Notes: generated by a model from the sequence alone, not told the origin. 61,054 nt of DNA from Bacteroidota bacterium (GCA_947459075.1 CANHBJ010000001.1:1-61054); one strand, 5' to 3'; counted from the first letter of the stretch, positions 19,177 through 29,627 are shown. Numbers and translations: made by a program.

Positions 19177-20453
19177 ATCATAATACCAGCAATGGTAGCC
19201 GATAAATAAGAGGCCAATGTACCGCACATTAAAGCGCGAAAACCTAATCTAGCCAAATCGCTTCTACGACTAGGAGCCAATTCGCCAATACCACCAACTT
19301 GAATTGCAATTGAGCTAAAGTTGGCAAATCCACACAATGCAAAACTTGCAATAACTACTGATTTAGGATTTAAAGTTCCGCCACCAATCATAGGAGTAAG
19401 TTGTGAGTATGCAACAAATTCGTTAATCACCATTTTGGTTCCCATTAATGAACCTACCACTTGAACATCTTGCGCAGGTACACCCATTGTCCAGGCAAAA
19501 ACAGAAAATACGGCACCAAATATTTTATTCAAACTCAATACTTCACTACCAACAATCATTGCTTCACCAGGTGCTTTAAAAAAGTTTGGAATCTCTACAA
19601 TTTTAGCCAGTATAATATCTCCTAAAGCTATAAGTGCAATAAAACCAATAAGCATAGCCATTACATTTAGTGATACTTTTAAACCATCACTTGCACCATG
19701 TGAGATTGCATCTAGCAAATTAGCATGTGTTTTTTTTACTTCTAATTTTACAGACCCTTTAGTTGGAGATTCTTCCGTTTCTGGCCATACAATTTTAGAA
19801 ATAACCAAAGCAGCGGGAGCAGCCATAATACTTGCCGCTAAAAGATATGCAGCAGGCACACCCATAGAAATATAAACAGCCATTACGCCACCTGCAATAC
19901 AAGCCATACTTCCACTCATACTTGCCAAAAGCTCACTCATGGTCATGGTAGCCAAATACGGTTTAATCATAATTTGAGCTTCAACCTGCCCAACAAATGC
20001 ACTTGAAATATTACTTAATGCTTCGCTACCACTAACACGCATTAACGAATGAACTAAGCGAGCAAAAAATGAAACAACAATTTGCATTAAGCCAATATGA
20101 TAAGCTATATTAACAAGTACCGCCACAAAAATAATGGCAGGCATAATTTTGAAAATAAATACATAGCTATATGCATCCCCTAATAAAGGTTTTAATAAAT
20201 CTGGACGAACTAGGCCACCAAAAACAAACTCTCCACCTTTATCAGCCATTTCTAATAATTTTTTTATAAAATTACCTAAAGATGCAAAAATATTTTGTCC
20301 TATACTGGTTTTAAGAATGAACAAAGCCAGCGCCAATTGAATACCCAAGCCACTAAAAACTAGTCGATAATTAATTGCTTTACGATTATTTGAAACCAAA
20401 AAAGCTAATCCAAGTATTACTACAACACCTATTAATCCGGTAAATTTTTCCAT
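19173..20453 (-). CDS. nupC: NupC/CNT-family nucleoside transporter.
   Basis: 426-aa polytopic protein with a conserved C-terminal region (...GFANFSSIAIQVGGIG...). Confidence 0.8.
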   Translation of the reverse strand: MEKFTGLIGVVVILGLAFLVSNNRKAINYRLVFSGLGIQLALALFILKTSIGQNIFASLGNFIKKLLEMADKGGEFVFGGLVRPDLLKPLLGDAYSYVFIFKIMPAIIFVAVLVNIAYHIGLMQIVVSFFARLVHSLMRVSGSEALSNISSAFVGQVEAQIMIKPYLATMTMSELLASMSGSMACIAGGVMAVYISMGVPAAYLLAASIMAAPAALVISKIVWPETEESPTKGSVKLEVKKTHANLLDAISHGASDGLKVSLNVMAMLIGFIALIALGDIILAKIVEIPNFFKAPGEAMIVGSEVLSLNKIFGAVFSVFAWTMGVPAQDVQVVGSLMGTKMVINEFVAYSQLTPMIGGGTLNPKSVVIASFALCGFANFSSIAIQVGGIGELAPSRRSDLARLGFRALMCGTLASYLSATIAGIMM

Positions 20454-20462
20454 AATCTGAGG

Positions 20463-21047
20463 TTACTTTCGTTTATTTAGTTCATCGCGTAGAATAGCCG
20501 CGCGCTGGTAATCTTCTACTTGAAGGGCTTCAGTTAATTTTTGTTCCAACTCTTCATCACTCAAACGTCCAATTTCATTACTTCCACGTGACTCGTTATT
20601 AAACTCATCCATTTCAATCATATCATCTTCAGTCATGTCTTCGGTAAATATCATTGCAGCCTCGGCCATAATATGCTCATGAGTATAAATAGGGCATTTA
20701 AAACGAACAGCCAGTGCAATAGAATCACTAGTTCGGGCGTCTATTTCGCGAGTCTCACCATCAACCTCACAAATAAGTTTGGCATGAAACACACCATCAA
20801 CTAAATTATATATTTCAACTTCAATAATATTTACACCAAATGTTCTAGCAAAATTTAAAAATAAATCATGCGTCATAGGCCTAAAAGGTACTATTTTTTC
20901 GATTTCAATAGCTATTGCTTGTGCTTCAAAACTACCAATAATTATAGGTAATTTTCTTTTACCATGCTCCTCGCCTAAAATCAATGTATAGGAACCGTTA
21001 CTTTGTCCTGAACTTAACCCTACAATATTTAATTTTACTTTACTCAT
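20463..21047 (-). CDS. Bifunctional nuclease (DUF151) family protein with a C-terminal UVR motif.
   Basis: Contains ...IIGSFEAQAIAIE...RPMTHDL... and the C-terminal EDYQRAAILRDELNKRK. Confidence 0.75.
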   Translation of the reverse strand: MSKVKLNIVGLSSGQSNGSYTLILGEEHGKRKLPIIIGSFEAQAIAIEIEKIVPFRPMTHDLFLNFARTFGVNIIEVEIYNLVDGVFHAKLICEVDGETREIDARTSDSIALAVRFKCPIYTHEHIMAEAAMIFTEDMTEDDMIEMDEFNNESRGSNEIGRLSDEELEQKLTEALQVEDYQRAAILRDELNKRK

Positions 21048-21082
21048 GCAGCCTTAAAATGAGTTATTTATTACTAAGATTT

Positions 21083-21090
21083 CAAACGTA
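21083..21090 (-). promoter_or_regulatory. TAnnTTTG -7 box for the nuclease-nupC operon.
   Basis: The minus strand reads TACGTTTG, about 36 nt upstream of the ATG at 21047. Confidence 0.4.
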
Positions 21091-21254
21091 AGGTAAAATC
21101 CCTACTTTTCAAATATTTTGATGTGATATTACAAACATATAAGCTTGTTTATATTCCTAAAATAAAAGTTAATAACCATAGAAAACAAATAAATACATCT
21201 TTCTGATAAATTTAGTCAATAATGCGATATTGGTTGAATTAAAAATTTCAATAA

Positions 21255-22337
21255 ATGGCCGAACCGTTAAAAAATCTTTTTAGCAAAGAATTTGTAAACT
21301 CGCTTGCAAACCATATAAAACAACATCATAAAAATTTTAATACCAATGCTTTTATTAATGATGTGTTTGATACTATTTGGAGTAATAAGGAATTGAAACA
21401 ACGTATGCGTCACATCACCGAGTGCATAAACAAACACATAAAAATTCCTTACCAAAAACAGGTTGAAATACTAACTGAGGTTGCTACTCAATTTAAGGGC
21501 TTTACAGCCATGATTTTTCCTGATTTTATTGAAGTATACGGACTAGATAATTTAACAACCTCTATTAAAGCGTTAGAACTTTTTACTCAATACAGCAGCA
21601 GCGAATTTGCAGTAAGGCCTTTTATTATTAAATATCCTAAAGAGATGTTGAAACAACATATTAAATGGGCACAACATAAAAATTACCATGTACGTAGATT
21701 GGCCAGTGAAGGCATAAGACCAAGATTGCCATGGGCATTGGGTTTAACATCATTTAAAAAAGACCCTACTCCTATTTTACCTGTTTTAGAATTATTGAAA
21801 AACGATGAGAGCGAATATGTGAGAAAAAGCGTTGCTAATTGTTTAAATGATATATCAAAAGACCACCCCAACCTAGCCCTTAAAATAGTTAATAATTGGA
21901 AGGGTAAAACCAAAGAAACTGATTGGATAGTAAAACATGCCAGCAGAGGATTACTTAAACAAGGGAATATTGGTGCTTTAAAAACTTTCGGATTAAACAA
22001 CCAAGTAAATGCTAAGGTTACGCAATTAAAACTATCGAAAAACATATTAAAAATTGGAGATGAATTTTCATTTGAAACTAGTATACAATTATTGGATAAA
22101 ATAGCACACCAAATCAGGGTAGAGTACAACATCTATTTCATGAAATCTAATGGAAAAAAATCACCCAAAATATTCCAGATTGGTACTTATTTCATAAAAC
22201 CAAAGCAAGAAATTATAATAAAACGCAAACATAAGTTTGCCGATTTGACTACACGAAAACATTATATGGGAGAACACGTTTTAGCTATTGTAATAAATGG
22301 AAAGGAAATGGCAAAACACTTTTTTACAATTCAATAA
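21255..22337 (+). CDS. DNA alkylation repair (AlkD-like HEAT-repeat) protein.
   Basis: 360 aa with YHVRRLASEGIRPRLPW and EYVRKSVANCLNDISK repeats. Confidence 0.7.
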   Translation: MAEPLKNLFSKEFVNSLANHIKQHHKNFNTNAFINDVFDTIWSNKELKQRMRHITECINKHIKIPYQKQVEILTEVATQFKGFTAMIFPDFIEVYGLDNLTTSIKALELFTQYSSSEFAVRPFIIKYPKEMLKQHIKWAQHKNYHVRRLASEGIRPRLPWALGLTSFKKDPTPILPVLELLKNDESEYVRKSVANCLNDISKDHPNLALKIVNNWKGKTKETDWIVKHASRGLLKQGNIGALKTFGLNNQVNAKVTQLKLSKNILKIGDEFSFETSIQLLDKIAHQIRVEYNIYFMKSNGKKSPKIFQIGTYFIKPKQEIIIKRKHKFADLTTRKHYMGEHVLAIVINGKEMAKHFFTIQ

Positions 22338-24815
22338 CTACTCGTAAAAGTAAACGCGTTTTACACGTTGAGAGATACCTGTTAATACCTCGTATGATAT
22401 GGTTCCAATTTTAGATGCCATTTCATTAATGTCAACTTCTTTACCCAAAACAATCACCTGATCACCTTCCCTGCAATTTATTCCGGTTACATCAATCATG
22501 GTCATATCCATACAAATACTACCCACTATTGGTGCTTTTTGCCCGTTAACCATCATATAACCCTTTCCATTACCAAGCTTACGATTCAACCCATCAGCAT
22601 AACCAATTGCCACAACAGCAATTTGCGAATCTCGTTGAACAATCCCTTTACGACTGTAACCAACAGTTTCATGTGATTTAACTTCACGTATTTGCGATAT
22701 AACAGTTTTAAGTGTCCCAACCACCTGAAGCTGCTTTTGTAATTTTTCAGCAGGATCAATTCCATATAAACCAATTCCCAAACGAACCATTTCAAATTGG
22801 GCATCAGTAAAACGAGCTATGCCACTACTATTTAAAATATGTCGTAAAATTGGATAATGAAAAGAAGCTATTAATTTATCACTAATACGTTCAAATTTTT
22901 GAATTTGCTCATGGGTAAATAAATCATGTTTCTTATCATCACTAGCAGCCAAATGCGAAAATACAGTCTTAATTCGTAAGTTAGGATTATGATGTAGTAA
23001 AGTAATAAGTTCATCAATTTCAAACTCGTCAAAGCCCAATCGTTTCATGCCTGTATCCACTTCAATATGTATACTCATTTCTTGCCCGTTACAGGCCTTA
23101 ATAAGTTGCTCGAGCATAAAAAAATTGTATACTTCAGGCTCTAAATTATGTTGTATGATGCTATCAAAAGCAACAGGCTCTGGATTCATAACCATAATAG
23201 GCGTTTTAATTCCTGCTTTACGTAATGTTACTCCCTCATCAGCATATGCTACTGCCAGGTAATCAACCCTATTATACTCCATTATTTTAGCAATCTCATA
23301 GCTACCCGATCCGTAACTAAAAGCCTTTACCATACCCATCAATTTCACTCCTTTATTTAGCTTGTTGCGATACACATTTAAGTTGTGCACCATGGCATTG
23401 AGGTTAATTTCAAAAACTGTTTCGTGAACCTTTTTTTCTAATAACGATGTAATGCGTTCGAAAGTGAATTTACGTGCTCCTTTAACCAATATAATTTGGT
23501 GGCTAAAATCTAAACTTCTAAACTTATTAATAAATGAAGAGGTATCATCAAAAAACAAACTTCCAATTGGGAAAAGTGATTTATATTTTTGCATACATGC
23601 ACCAATACCTATAAAACGATTGACATTTCGTTGCTTTATTAATGATGCAATATTGGTATACAATTGATGCTCTGCCAGTCCGCTTTGCAACATATCACTT
23701 AGTATAACCGTTTTAGTATATCCAGCACTTTGCTGTTCCATAAAATCTAATGCAATTTGTAATGCATTTATATCAGCATTATAACTGTCGTTTATGATTA
23801 CGCAATTATTAAATCCCTCTTTTAATTGCATACGCATTTCTATAGGCTGAAGTTCTTCAAAACGTTTCAACACATCTGTGCTTACTCTGTTTATAGCCAT
23901 TAAAAATGCAAAACAAGAGCAAACATTCATAATACTTGCTTCATCCACAAAAGGAATATTTACACTTAATGTTTGCGAACCCTTACGGGTAGTAATAACA
24001 GTATATTGATAACGATGTTCTACCTCAAATTTATAGGTTGCATTTTGCTTACCACGGCTCCAACTTACAACATTTAAAGAAGGATTATGATTTAATAATA
24101 AGCGTGTAACACCCTGGGTTACCTCGGGTTGATCGGCACAAAAAACCAACATTTGAGCATCATGAAACAACTTAAGTTTTTCGTCTAATTTTTCTGTTTC
24201 ATTATTAAAACCTTCTGCATGTGCAGAGCCCAAATATGTAAAAACTCCAATATCGGGTTTAATAATTTGTTGCAACTTTTCCATTTCATTTGTTTTGGAT
24301 ATGCCTGCCTCAAATAAACCTAACTGATGTTGCTCGTTCATTCCCCAAACACTTAAAGGCACACCCACTTGCGAATTGAAACTTTTAGGGTTACGAATGA
24401 TTGCAACATCATCCTTTAACAAATGAAATAACCATTCTTTAACAATGGTTTTTCCGTTACTACCAGTAATACCTACAACAGGACATTTAAATTGCGAACG
24501 ATGAAAAGCTGCCAACTCCTGTAAAGCCACTAAACTGTTACTTACTTGAATAACGCAGCAATCACTGGGCAATATATTAGAAGGTAATTCTTCAACAATA
24601 AAATGACGAACACCTGCATCATAGGCATCTTTTAAGTAATGATGACCGTTGTTTCGCTCACCACTTATGGCTATAAAAACAGACGATTCTGGGTAAATTA
24701 CTTTGCGTGAATCAATTAATAAATGCGCTATTGCACTAGGGTTTATGGCTTCGTTAAACTGAACAAAGTTACCCGACACAATCTGTGCGATGTCTTTAAT
24801 GAAATATTGCATCAT
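22338..24815 (-). CDS. murF: Bifunctional UDP-MurNAc-tripeptide--D-Ala-D-Ala ligase (MurF) / alanine racemase (Alr).
   Basis: 825 aa. The N-terminal Mur-ligase part has the P-loop GITGSNGKT. The C-terminal racemase part has the PLP-Lys region VKAFSYGSG and AIGYADG. Confidence 0.85.
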   Translation of the reverse strand: MMQYFIKDIAQIVSGNFVQFNEAINPSAIAHLLIDSRKVIYPESSVFIAISGERNNGHHYLKDAYDAGVRHFIVEELPSNILPSDCCVIQVSNSLVALQELAAFHRSQFKCPVVGITGSNGKTIVKEWLFHLLKDDVAIIRNPKSFNSQVGVPLSVWGMNEQHQLGLFEAGISKTNEMEKLQQIIKPDIGVFTYLGSAHAEGFNNETEKLDEKLKLFHDAQMLVFCADQPEVTQGVTRLLLNHNPSLNVVSWSRGKQNATYKFEVEHRYQYTVITTRKGSQTLSVNIPFVDEASIMNVCSCFAFLMAINRVSTDVLKRFEELQPIEMRMQLKEGFNNCVIINDSYNADINALQIALDFMEQQSAGYTKTVILSDMLQSGLAEHQLYTNIASLIKQRNVNRFIGIGACMQKYKSLFPIGSLFFDDTSSFINKFRSLDFSHQIILVKGARKFTFERITSLLEKKVHETVFEINLNAMVHNLNVYRNKLNKGVKLMGMVKAFSYGSGSYEIAKIMEYNRVDYLAVAYADEGVTLRKAGIKTPIMVMNPEPVAFDSIIQHNLEPEVYNFFMLEQLIKACNGQEMSIHIEVDTGMKRLGFDEFEIDELITLLHHNPNLRIKTVFSHLAASDDKKHDLFTHEQIQKFERISDKLIASFHYPILRHILNSSGIARFTDAQFEMVRLGIGLYGIDPAEKLQKQLQVVGTLKTVISQIREVKSHETVGYSRKGIVQRDSQIAVVAIGYADGLNRKLGNGKGYMMVNGQKAPIVGSICMDMTMIDVTGINCREGDQVIVLGKEVDINEMASKIGTISYEVLTGISQRVKRVYFYE

Positions 24816-26050
24816 TTTTCAATAGATTGTTTTGTGTTGAACATCAATACGAAAGCTGAAAGAAGTAAAAATAAAGACATAATTAAGAATGCCCAAATAA
24901 TTTGGTTATCAAAATTAAAGAATGGAAAAGAAAACAGAAAAATAAATAATGAACGAACCAGAATATTTAGCATATTGAAAATACTGTTTACCCTGCCCAT
25001 CAACTGGTTGGGGATTTGCTTAAATAAAAAAGTTAACCTTAAAACCCTAATACCTGCATTGGTAAAGCCCAATATTAAACTAACTATATATATGACTAAT
25101 ACGCTTTTAGCCGCAAATGCCCATATAAATATAGCAGCAGTAATTGCTGTTAAAATAATTACTGCCCTTTGAGTTGATGTGGCAGTAAATACCTTGTTTA
25201 CAAACAATCCAGCACATAAAGCCCCTAAAGCATATATACCATCGGCAATGGCAAAAACACTTCCCTTTTCATGTAAATGTTTATCAACATAGGCTGGAAG
25301 TACTGCATGAATTTCGACCAATAACATAGCAAATACACTATAACTAAATATGCCAAAAATTAGTAGTTTGGGATGTTGCCTTAGGTAAGTGAACCCAACT
25401 TTTATACGGTCAAATATTTTAGGATGTTGCGCATGTTTTTGTATGGGTTGATATTTAATAAATAATATGAGTGATGCTGCTAGAAAATAAGTACCTGCAT
25501 TTAAAAGAAAAATCTCCCAAATGTTCCATGAATTGATTATAATAGAATAATCAATAATTGGTAAGTTTATTGTAACACCTTCTAACATAACTGCAGCAAT
25601 ACCGCCTGATAATATACTGGTACTTTGACCAACAATTTCAATATTTGAGTTCACTTTGGCATAATCCTCTACCGCACTTATCTCTTGTCCGAAAGCATAC
25701 AAAGTTGGATAGTGAATGTTGTAATTAAACATGGTAATTCCAAACACAGCAACAACTAAAATATCATTTAAACCATTTTGATAAAACCCAACAACAGCAA
25801 TAGCAAGTAGTAAAAAACCACAAACTAAACTATTACCTAAAAAATTCGCTTTTCGGCTATACTTATCAACCAAAGTACCTGCATATAAGCCAAAGAATAA
25901 AACACCAATGGTAATTAAACCATAGGCCTTGTTGAAGTATGGAGTATTATTTGCAAAGTACCAAGGAATTGCCAACATACTAATGCCTTGGGCAAAACCG
26001 CTAATTCCATTTGCGGTAAATAATAAATTTAGTGCTAATTTGTTTTTCAC
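24812..26050 (-). CDS. MFS transporter.
   Basis: 412 aa with about 12 TM helices and a GTG start. Its stop overlaps the murF/alr start (4-nt overlap). Confidence 0.7.
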   Translation of the reverse strand: MKNKLALNLLFTANGISGFAQGISMLAIPWYFANNTPYFNKAYGLITIGVLFFGLYAGTLVDKYSRKANFLGNSLVCGFLLLAIAVVGFYQNGLNDILVVAVFGITMFNYNIHYPTLYAFGQEISAVEDYAKVNSNIEIVGQSTSILSGGIAAVMLEGVTINLPIIDYSIIINSWNIWEIFLLNAGTYFLAASLILFIKYQPIQKHAQHPKIFDRIKVGFTYLRQHPKLLIFGIFSYSVFAMLLVEIHAVLPAYVDKHLHEKGSVFAIADGIYALGALCAGLFVNKVFTATSTQRAVIILTAITAAIFIWAFAAKSVLVIYIVSLILGFTNAGIRVLRLTFLFKQIPNQLMGRVNSIFNMLNILVRSLFIFLFSFPFFNFDNQIIWAFLIMSLFLLLSAFVLMFNTKQSIEK

Positions 26051-26188
26051 TTGTTAACGCAAATGTAACGGCAAGTATGTTGTATAATGTATTTATTACC
26101 GATTAAAGTTATTTTTTTTATTTAGCCAATACATATTACTTCCTTTTTATTAATTAATGATAGCAAATAGTATAATTTCGAACATTAT

Positions 26189-26668
26189 TTGAAAAACAAT
26201 AAATACATAAAACTAACCCCATCTCAGGCTTTATTAAAAGCTGCAAACTATTGTGCTTACCAAGAGCGATGCCATAATGAGGTACTTGAAAAATTAAGCG
26301 AATGGGGTATTTGGGGTATTGATGCGCAAGAAATTTTACTCACCTTAATTGAGCAAAATTACCTGAATGAAGAACGATTTGCCATTGCTTTTGCAGGAGG
26401 TAAATTTAGGGTGAAACATTGGGGGAAAGTAAAAATTAAATTAGAACTCAAACAAAGGGACATTTCAGAATTTTGCCTTAATAAGGCGCTCAATGAAATT
26501 AGCGACCAAGATTATTTGCATACTTTGAACGAACAAATTGATAAAAAATGGGCTGAAACTAAGGATAAAAACCTTTTGAGTAAACGTGCAAAAGTGGCAA
26601 GGTATGTTATTGGTAAGGGGTTTGAACAAGACCTGATTTGGAACATACTACGTAATAAAAGTGATTAG
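26189..26668 (+). CDS. recX: RecX-family regulatory protein.
   Basis: 159 aa, with ALLKAANYCAYQERCHNEV... and helical repeats. TTG start. Confidence 0.65.
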   Translation: MKNNKYIKLTPSQALLKAANYCAYQERCHNEVLEKLSEWGIWGIDAQEILLTLIEQNYLNEERFAIAFAGGKFRVKHWGKVKIKLELKQRDISEFCLNKALNEISDQDYLHTLNEQIDKKWAETKDKNLLSKRAKVARYVIGKGFEQDLIWNILRNKSD

Positions 26669-26729
26669 CTAAAAACAACATCCGATCATTAACATAATCA
26701 AAACTAATAGCCACATATAAAAACTTGCT

Positions 26730-26737
26730 TACCTTTG
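26730..26737 (+). promoter_or_regulatory. TAnnTTTG -7 box upstream of the NifU-like gene.
   Basis: TACCTTTG lies 20 nt upstream of the ATG at 26757. Confidence 0.45.
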
Positions 26738-26756
26738 CAGGTATAAATTTAAATTT

Positions 26757-27332
26757 ATGACTGATATAAAAGATTTTTTAGACGTATACAGTGAGTCCAC
26801 ACCAAATCCAGAAACAATGAAGTTCGTGTTTAATCGCATGATTTTTCCAGACCAAACTGCCGACTTTCCAACTGTAGCATCAACAACTTACTCTCCACTT
26901 GCGAAAAACTTGTTTGAGTTTAGTTTCGTTAATGGCGTATTTATTATGAATAATTTTGTTACCATTACCCGAGTTCAGGGAGTTGAGTGGGAAGAAATTA
27001 TTCCAATTATGAAAGAGTTCCTAAAATCATACGTGGCAGCTGGCGAACCCATTGCGTTAGAAGCACCAGTAGAGAACATCAAGGATTACGGCAACGACAA
27101 TGTAATAGTAGAACAAATTAAAGAAATTTTAGATATGTACATTAAACCTGCAGTAGAAGTAGATGGCGGTCAAATTTCATTCAGAGATTTTGAAAACGGA
27201 ATCGTAACCGTTGAGTTGAGAGGTTCATGTAGTGGATGCCCATCATCTACGGTAACTTTAAAACGTGGCATTGAAGGTATGTTAACGCGAATGGTTCCTG
27301 CAGTTAAAGAAGTTGTTGCACACGCTTTATAG
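26757..27332 (+). CDS. NifU/Nfu-type Fe-S cluster protein (Nfu_N plus NifU C-terminal domain).
   Basis: N-terminus ESTPNPETMKF and the C-terminal CSGCPSS motif. Confidence 0.8.
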   Translation: MTDIKDFLDVYSESTPNPETMKFVFNRMIFPDQTADFPTVASTTYSPLAKNLFEFSFVNGVFIMNNFVTITRVQGVEWEEIIPIMKEFLKSYVAAGEPIALEAPVENIKDYGNDNVIVEQIKEILDMYIKPAVEVDGGQISFRDFENGIVTVELRGSCSGCPSSTVTLKRGIEGMLTRMVPAVKEVVAHAL

Positions 27333-27354
27333 CAACATTAGAAATCCCGTTAAA

Positions 27355-27388
27355 TAAAAAACGCCTCGCAATGCGAGGCGTTTTTATT
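27355..27388. terminator. Bidirectional rho-independent terminator between convergent genes.
   Basis: Hairpin acgcctcgc-aat-gcgaggcgt (27361-27381), flanked by an A-run and a T-run. Confidence 0.85.
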
Positions 27389-27408
27389 TATAAATATTGC
27401 TGAGTTAA

Positions 27409-29469
27409 TTATTTAGCAATAACTAATTTTTGTGTAGAAGTTTGACCGTTGTTAGTGATTTCAACATAGTAAACACCATTGTTTAAGAAAGAGCACTCAA
27501 CAACTGATTCCATTCCGCTGATAGCTTGTGTATGAACTACACGGCCATCAATGCCATAAATTTTAACATCAGCACCATTCATTGCTTTTTCTGCTTTTAC
27601 AGTAAAGTTGGTTACAGCAGGATTTGGGAATACAGTTAAACCTAAATCAGCCATTTTAACTTCGTTAGTTGAAGCAACCCAATTTGGAGTTGTCCAAGCT
27701 GATTGTATAACAGTTTTATTCGTTTCATTTTGAATAAACACAACACCCATTAAATCATTAAATTCTTCAACAGAGTGCTCTGTAACTAAATTAATACCAT
27801 TGTATGCACCAGCAGATGTAACTGCACTTGAAGGTAAACGATAAGAGCCTGGGAATGTATAGCTTTGAACAATTTGTTGCTCTGAAGTATTAGTTAATGT
27901 TATAGGTGTACCGTTTGCATCTGGCAACATTTTCTTCATTACCCAGTAAAAATCAGTTTCGCCATTTGACTTTTTATTTTTTGCAGTGTAGCGTTCTACA
28001 ACTGCGAAATGAATTTTATAGTTACCACCAATCGCTCCTGTTGGAGTTACTTTGGCAGTTAGGGTAATTTTTTGAGTTGCTACATCAACAGTTTGTGTTG
28101 CCTTGATATCAACAAAACCTTCTTCAACGAAATCGTCATAAATTGAAGTTGTGTAACTGTTCGGATTACTGTTCCATTGTCCGTCAACCATTAATCTTGG
28201 CACACTATTGATACCACCATAATATGCACCTCTTGACTGAACTTCTGTAGTATAGTATGGATCTCCTGTACCTGGGAAATTATATTGATACTTAATTACA
28301 GTGTAACCATGTCTTTGTTGGAATACACCTTGTAAAACCTCATTGCCAGGTTTACATGGAGGACAAGTAGAAGAAGTGAACACTTCATGTAAAATATTTT
28401 TTGGCACTGAAGATCCCATAACATTAGTTGATGCTGATAAAGTATCATTGCTGATTAATTGGTCGTTATTAGTTCCATTTAATTGGTCAGCCCATACTTT
28501 CACAACTTTTGCGCCAGTTGAAGCGAATGATAATCCTTCGCTGTGAATACTACTATATTCACCTCCACTGTTCTCAACATTAACACCAGTTACATTTTGG
28601 CTTTTTAAAACTCCATCTGTAGCTAAAAAGTTAATTCTGAAAGAAGTAATATTTGTAGAACCATTGTTTTTTAGCGTGTATTCTAAATTGTAAATGGTAT
28701 TTGTCTTAATAAAGCTTGGTATGTTAACCTCAGTAGCTTGCATGTCGTAAGCAAGTTGTACGCCATATTTAAAAGGATAAACATCGCTCAATTTAGCGTC
28801 ATAACTTCCATTAGGTCCACCAAAATTACGATTTGGACTTCCGCTTAATTGTTTACCAACTGTGCCATTAGCGTTTTGGCAACCAACTGTTGCTGTAAAT
28901 GTACCAAAACCGTAATCATGTATTACTTCAAACTCATTTGAACCTTCTAATAAGCGTAATGAGAAATAAGTTACATTAGTAGCACCAACAGTGCCACCTT
29001 GAGCTAAACGCCAAGAAATTACGAATTTCCTATTTGGCGCAGTACCGATGGTATAAGAACGCACATCTGAGGGGAATGTTGAACTTCCAGAAACTAAATT
29101 TTTGAAATTATGATTATCCCAAAAAGCAAAAATTGCTGCTTTTGGTGCACTTGCACTTGGTATTACAATGTTTGTATTTTGATTAACAGTTTGAGTTGTA
29201 TCAAATGTAATGTACCCACTGCTACTCACCTTAAAATGAGTGTATTGAACATCATAAAAAGTAAAGGTAAAAGGTAAAACAAGTGCTTTTGATAATGAGT
29301 CGCTAACTGTGGCTGTTGTACCTGGAGCCATAATTGAAGTAACGCTAGTAGAATAATTCAAGCTGTAATCAGCAGGGGCACCTACTTGCCTAACAGCATA
29401 GTAATTTTGTGCCATTGCACCTAGGCCTGTTAAGGCTAATGATGCTAATGTTAGTAATTGTTTTTTCAT
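27409..29469 (-). CDS. Large secreted protein with an internal thioredoxin-like CPPC segment and a T9SS C-terminal sorting domain.
   Basis: Signal peptide MKKQLLTLASLALTGLGAMAQ. Internal segment HEVFTSSTCPPCKPGN. C-terminal domain LTVFPNPAVTNFTV...GVYYVEITNN...KLVIAK. Confidence 0.75.
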   Translation of the reverse strand: MKKQLLTLASLALTGLGAMAQNYYAVRQVGAPADYSLNYSTSVTSIMAPGTTATVSDSLSKALVLPFTFTFYDVQYTHFKVSSSGYITFDTTQTVNQNTNIVIPSASAPKAAIFAFWDNHNFKNLVSGSSTFPSDVRSYTIGTAPNRKFVISWRLAQGGTVGATNVTYFSLRLLEGSNEFEVIHDYGFGTFTATVGCQNANGTVGKQLSGSPNRNFGGPNGSYDAKLSDVYPFKYGVQLAYDMQATEVNIPSFIKTNTIYNLEYTLKNNGSTNITSFRINFLATDGVLKSQNVTGVNVENSGGEYSSIHSEGLSFASTGAKVVKVWADQLNGTNNDQLISNDTLSASTNVMGSSVPKNILHEVFTSSTCPPCKPGNEVLQGVFQQRHGYTVIKYQYNFPGTGDPYYTTEVQSRGAYYGGINSVPRLMVDGQWNSNPNSYTTSIYDDFVEEGFVDIKATQTVDVATQKITLTAKVTPTGAIGGNYKIHFAVVERYTAKNKKSNGETDFYWVMKKMLPDANGTPITLTNTSEQQIVQSYTFPGSYRLPSSAVTSAGAYNGINLVTEHSVEEFNDLMGVVFIQNETNKTVIQSAWTTPNWVASTNEVKMADLGLTVFPNPAVTNFTVKAEKAMNGADVKIYGIDGRVVHTQAISGMESVVECSFLNNGVYYVEITNNGQTSTQKLVIAK

Positions 29470-29627
29470 AATATGTATTTAAGTAATTGAGTTTTTTAGT
29501 ATGCATATTTAATGAATTATTTATCAAAAGGCAATAAATAATTTCATCAACCCACAAAAAGAGAGAAATAAGTTTAAATAGTTTGATTAAGTGGCATTAA
29601 AATTGTTACTTCGTAAAAAAAATTACC

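Noticed and set aside
21683-22132. A 149-aa minus-strand ORF.
   Set aside because: It is antisense inside the AlkD-like gene and has no recognisable motifs.
24723-25172. A 149-aa plus-strand ORF.
   Set aside because: It is antisense across the MFS/murF junction, with a low-complexity Lys/Asn/Ile composition.
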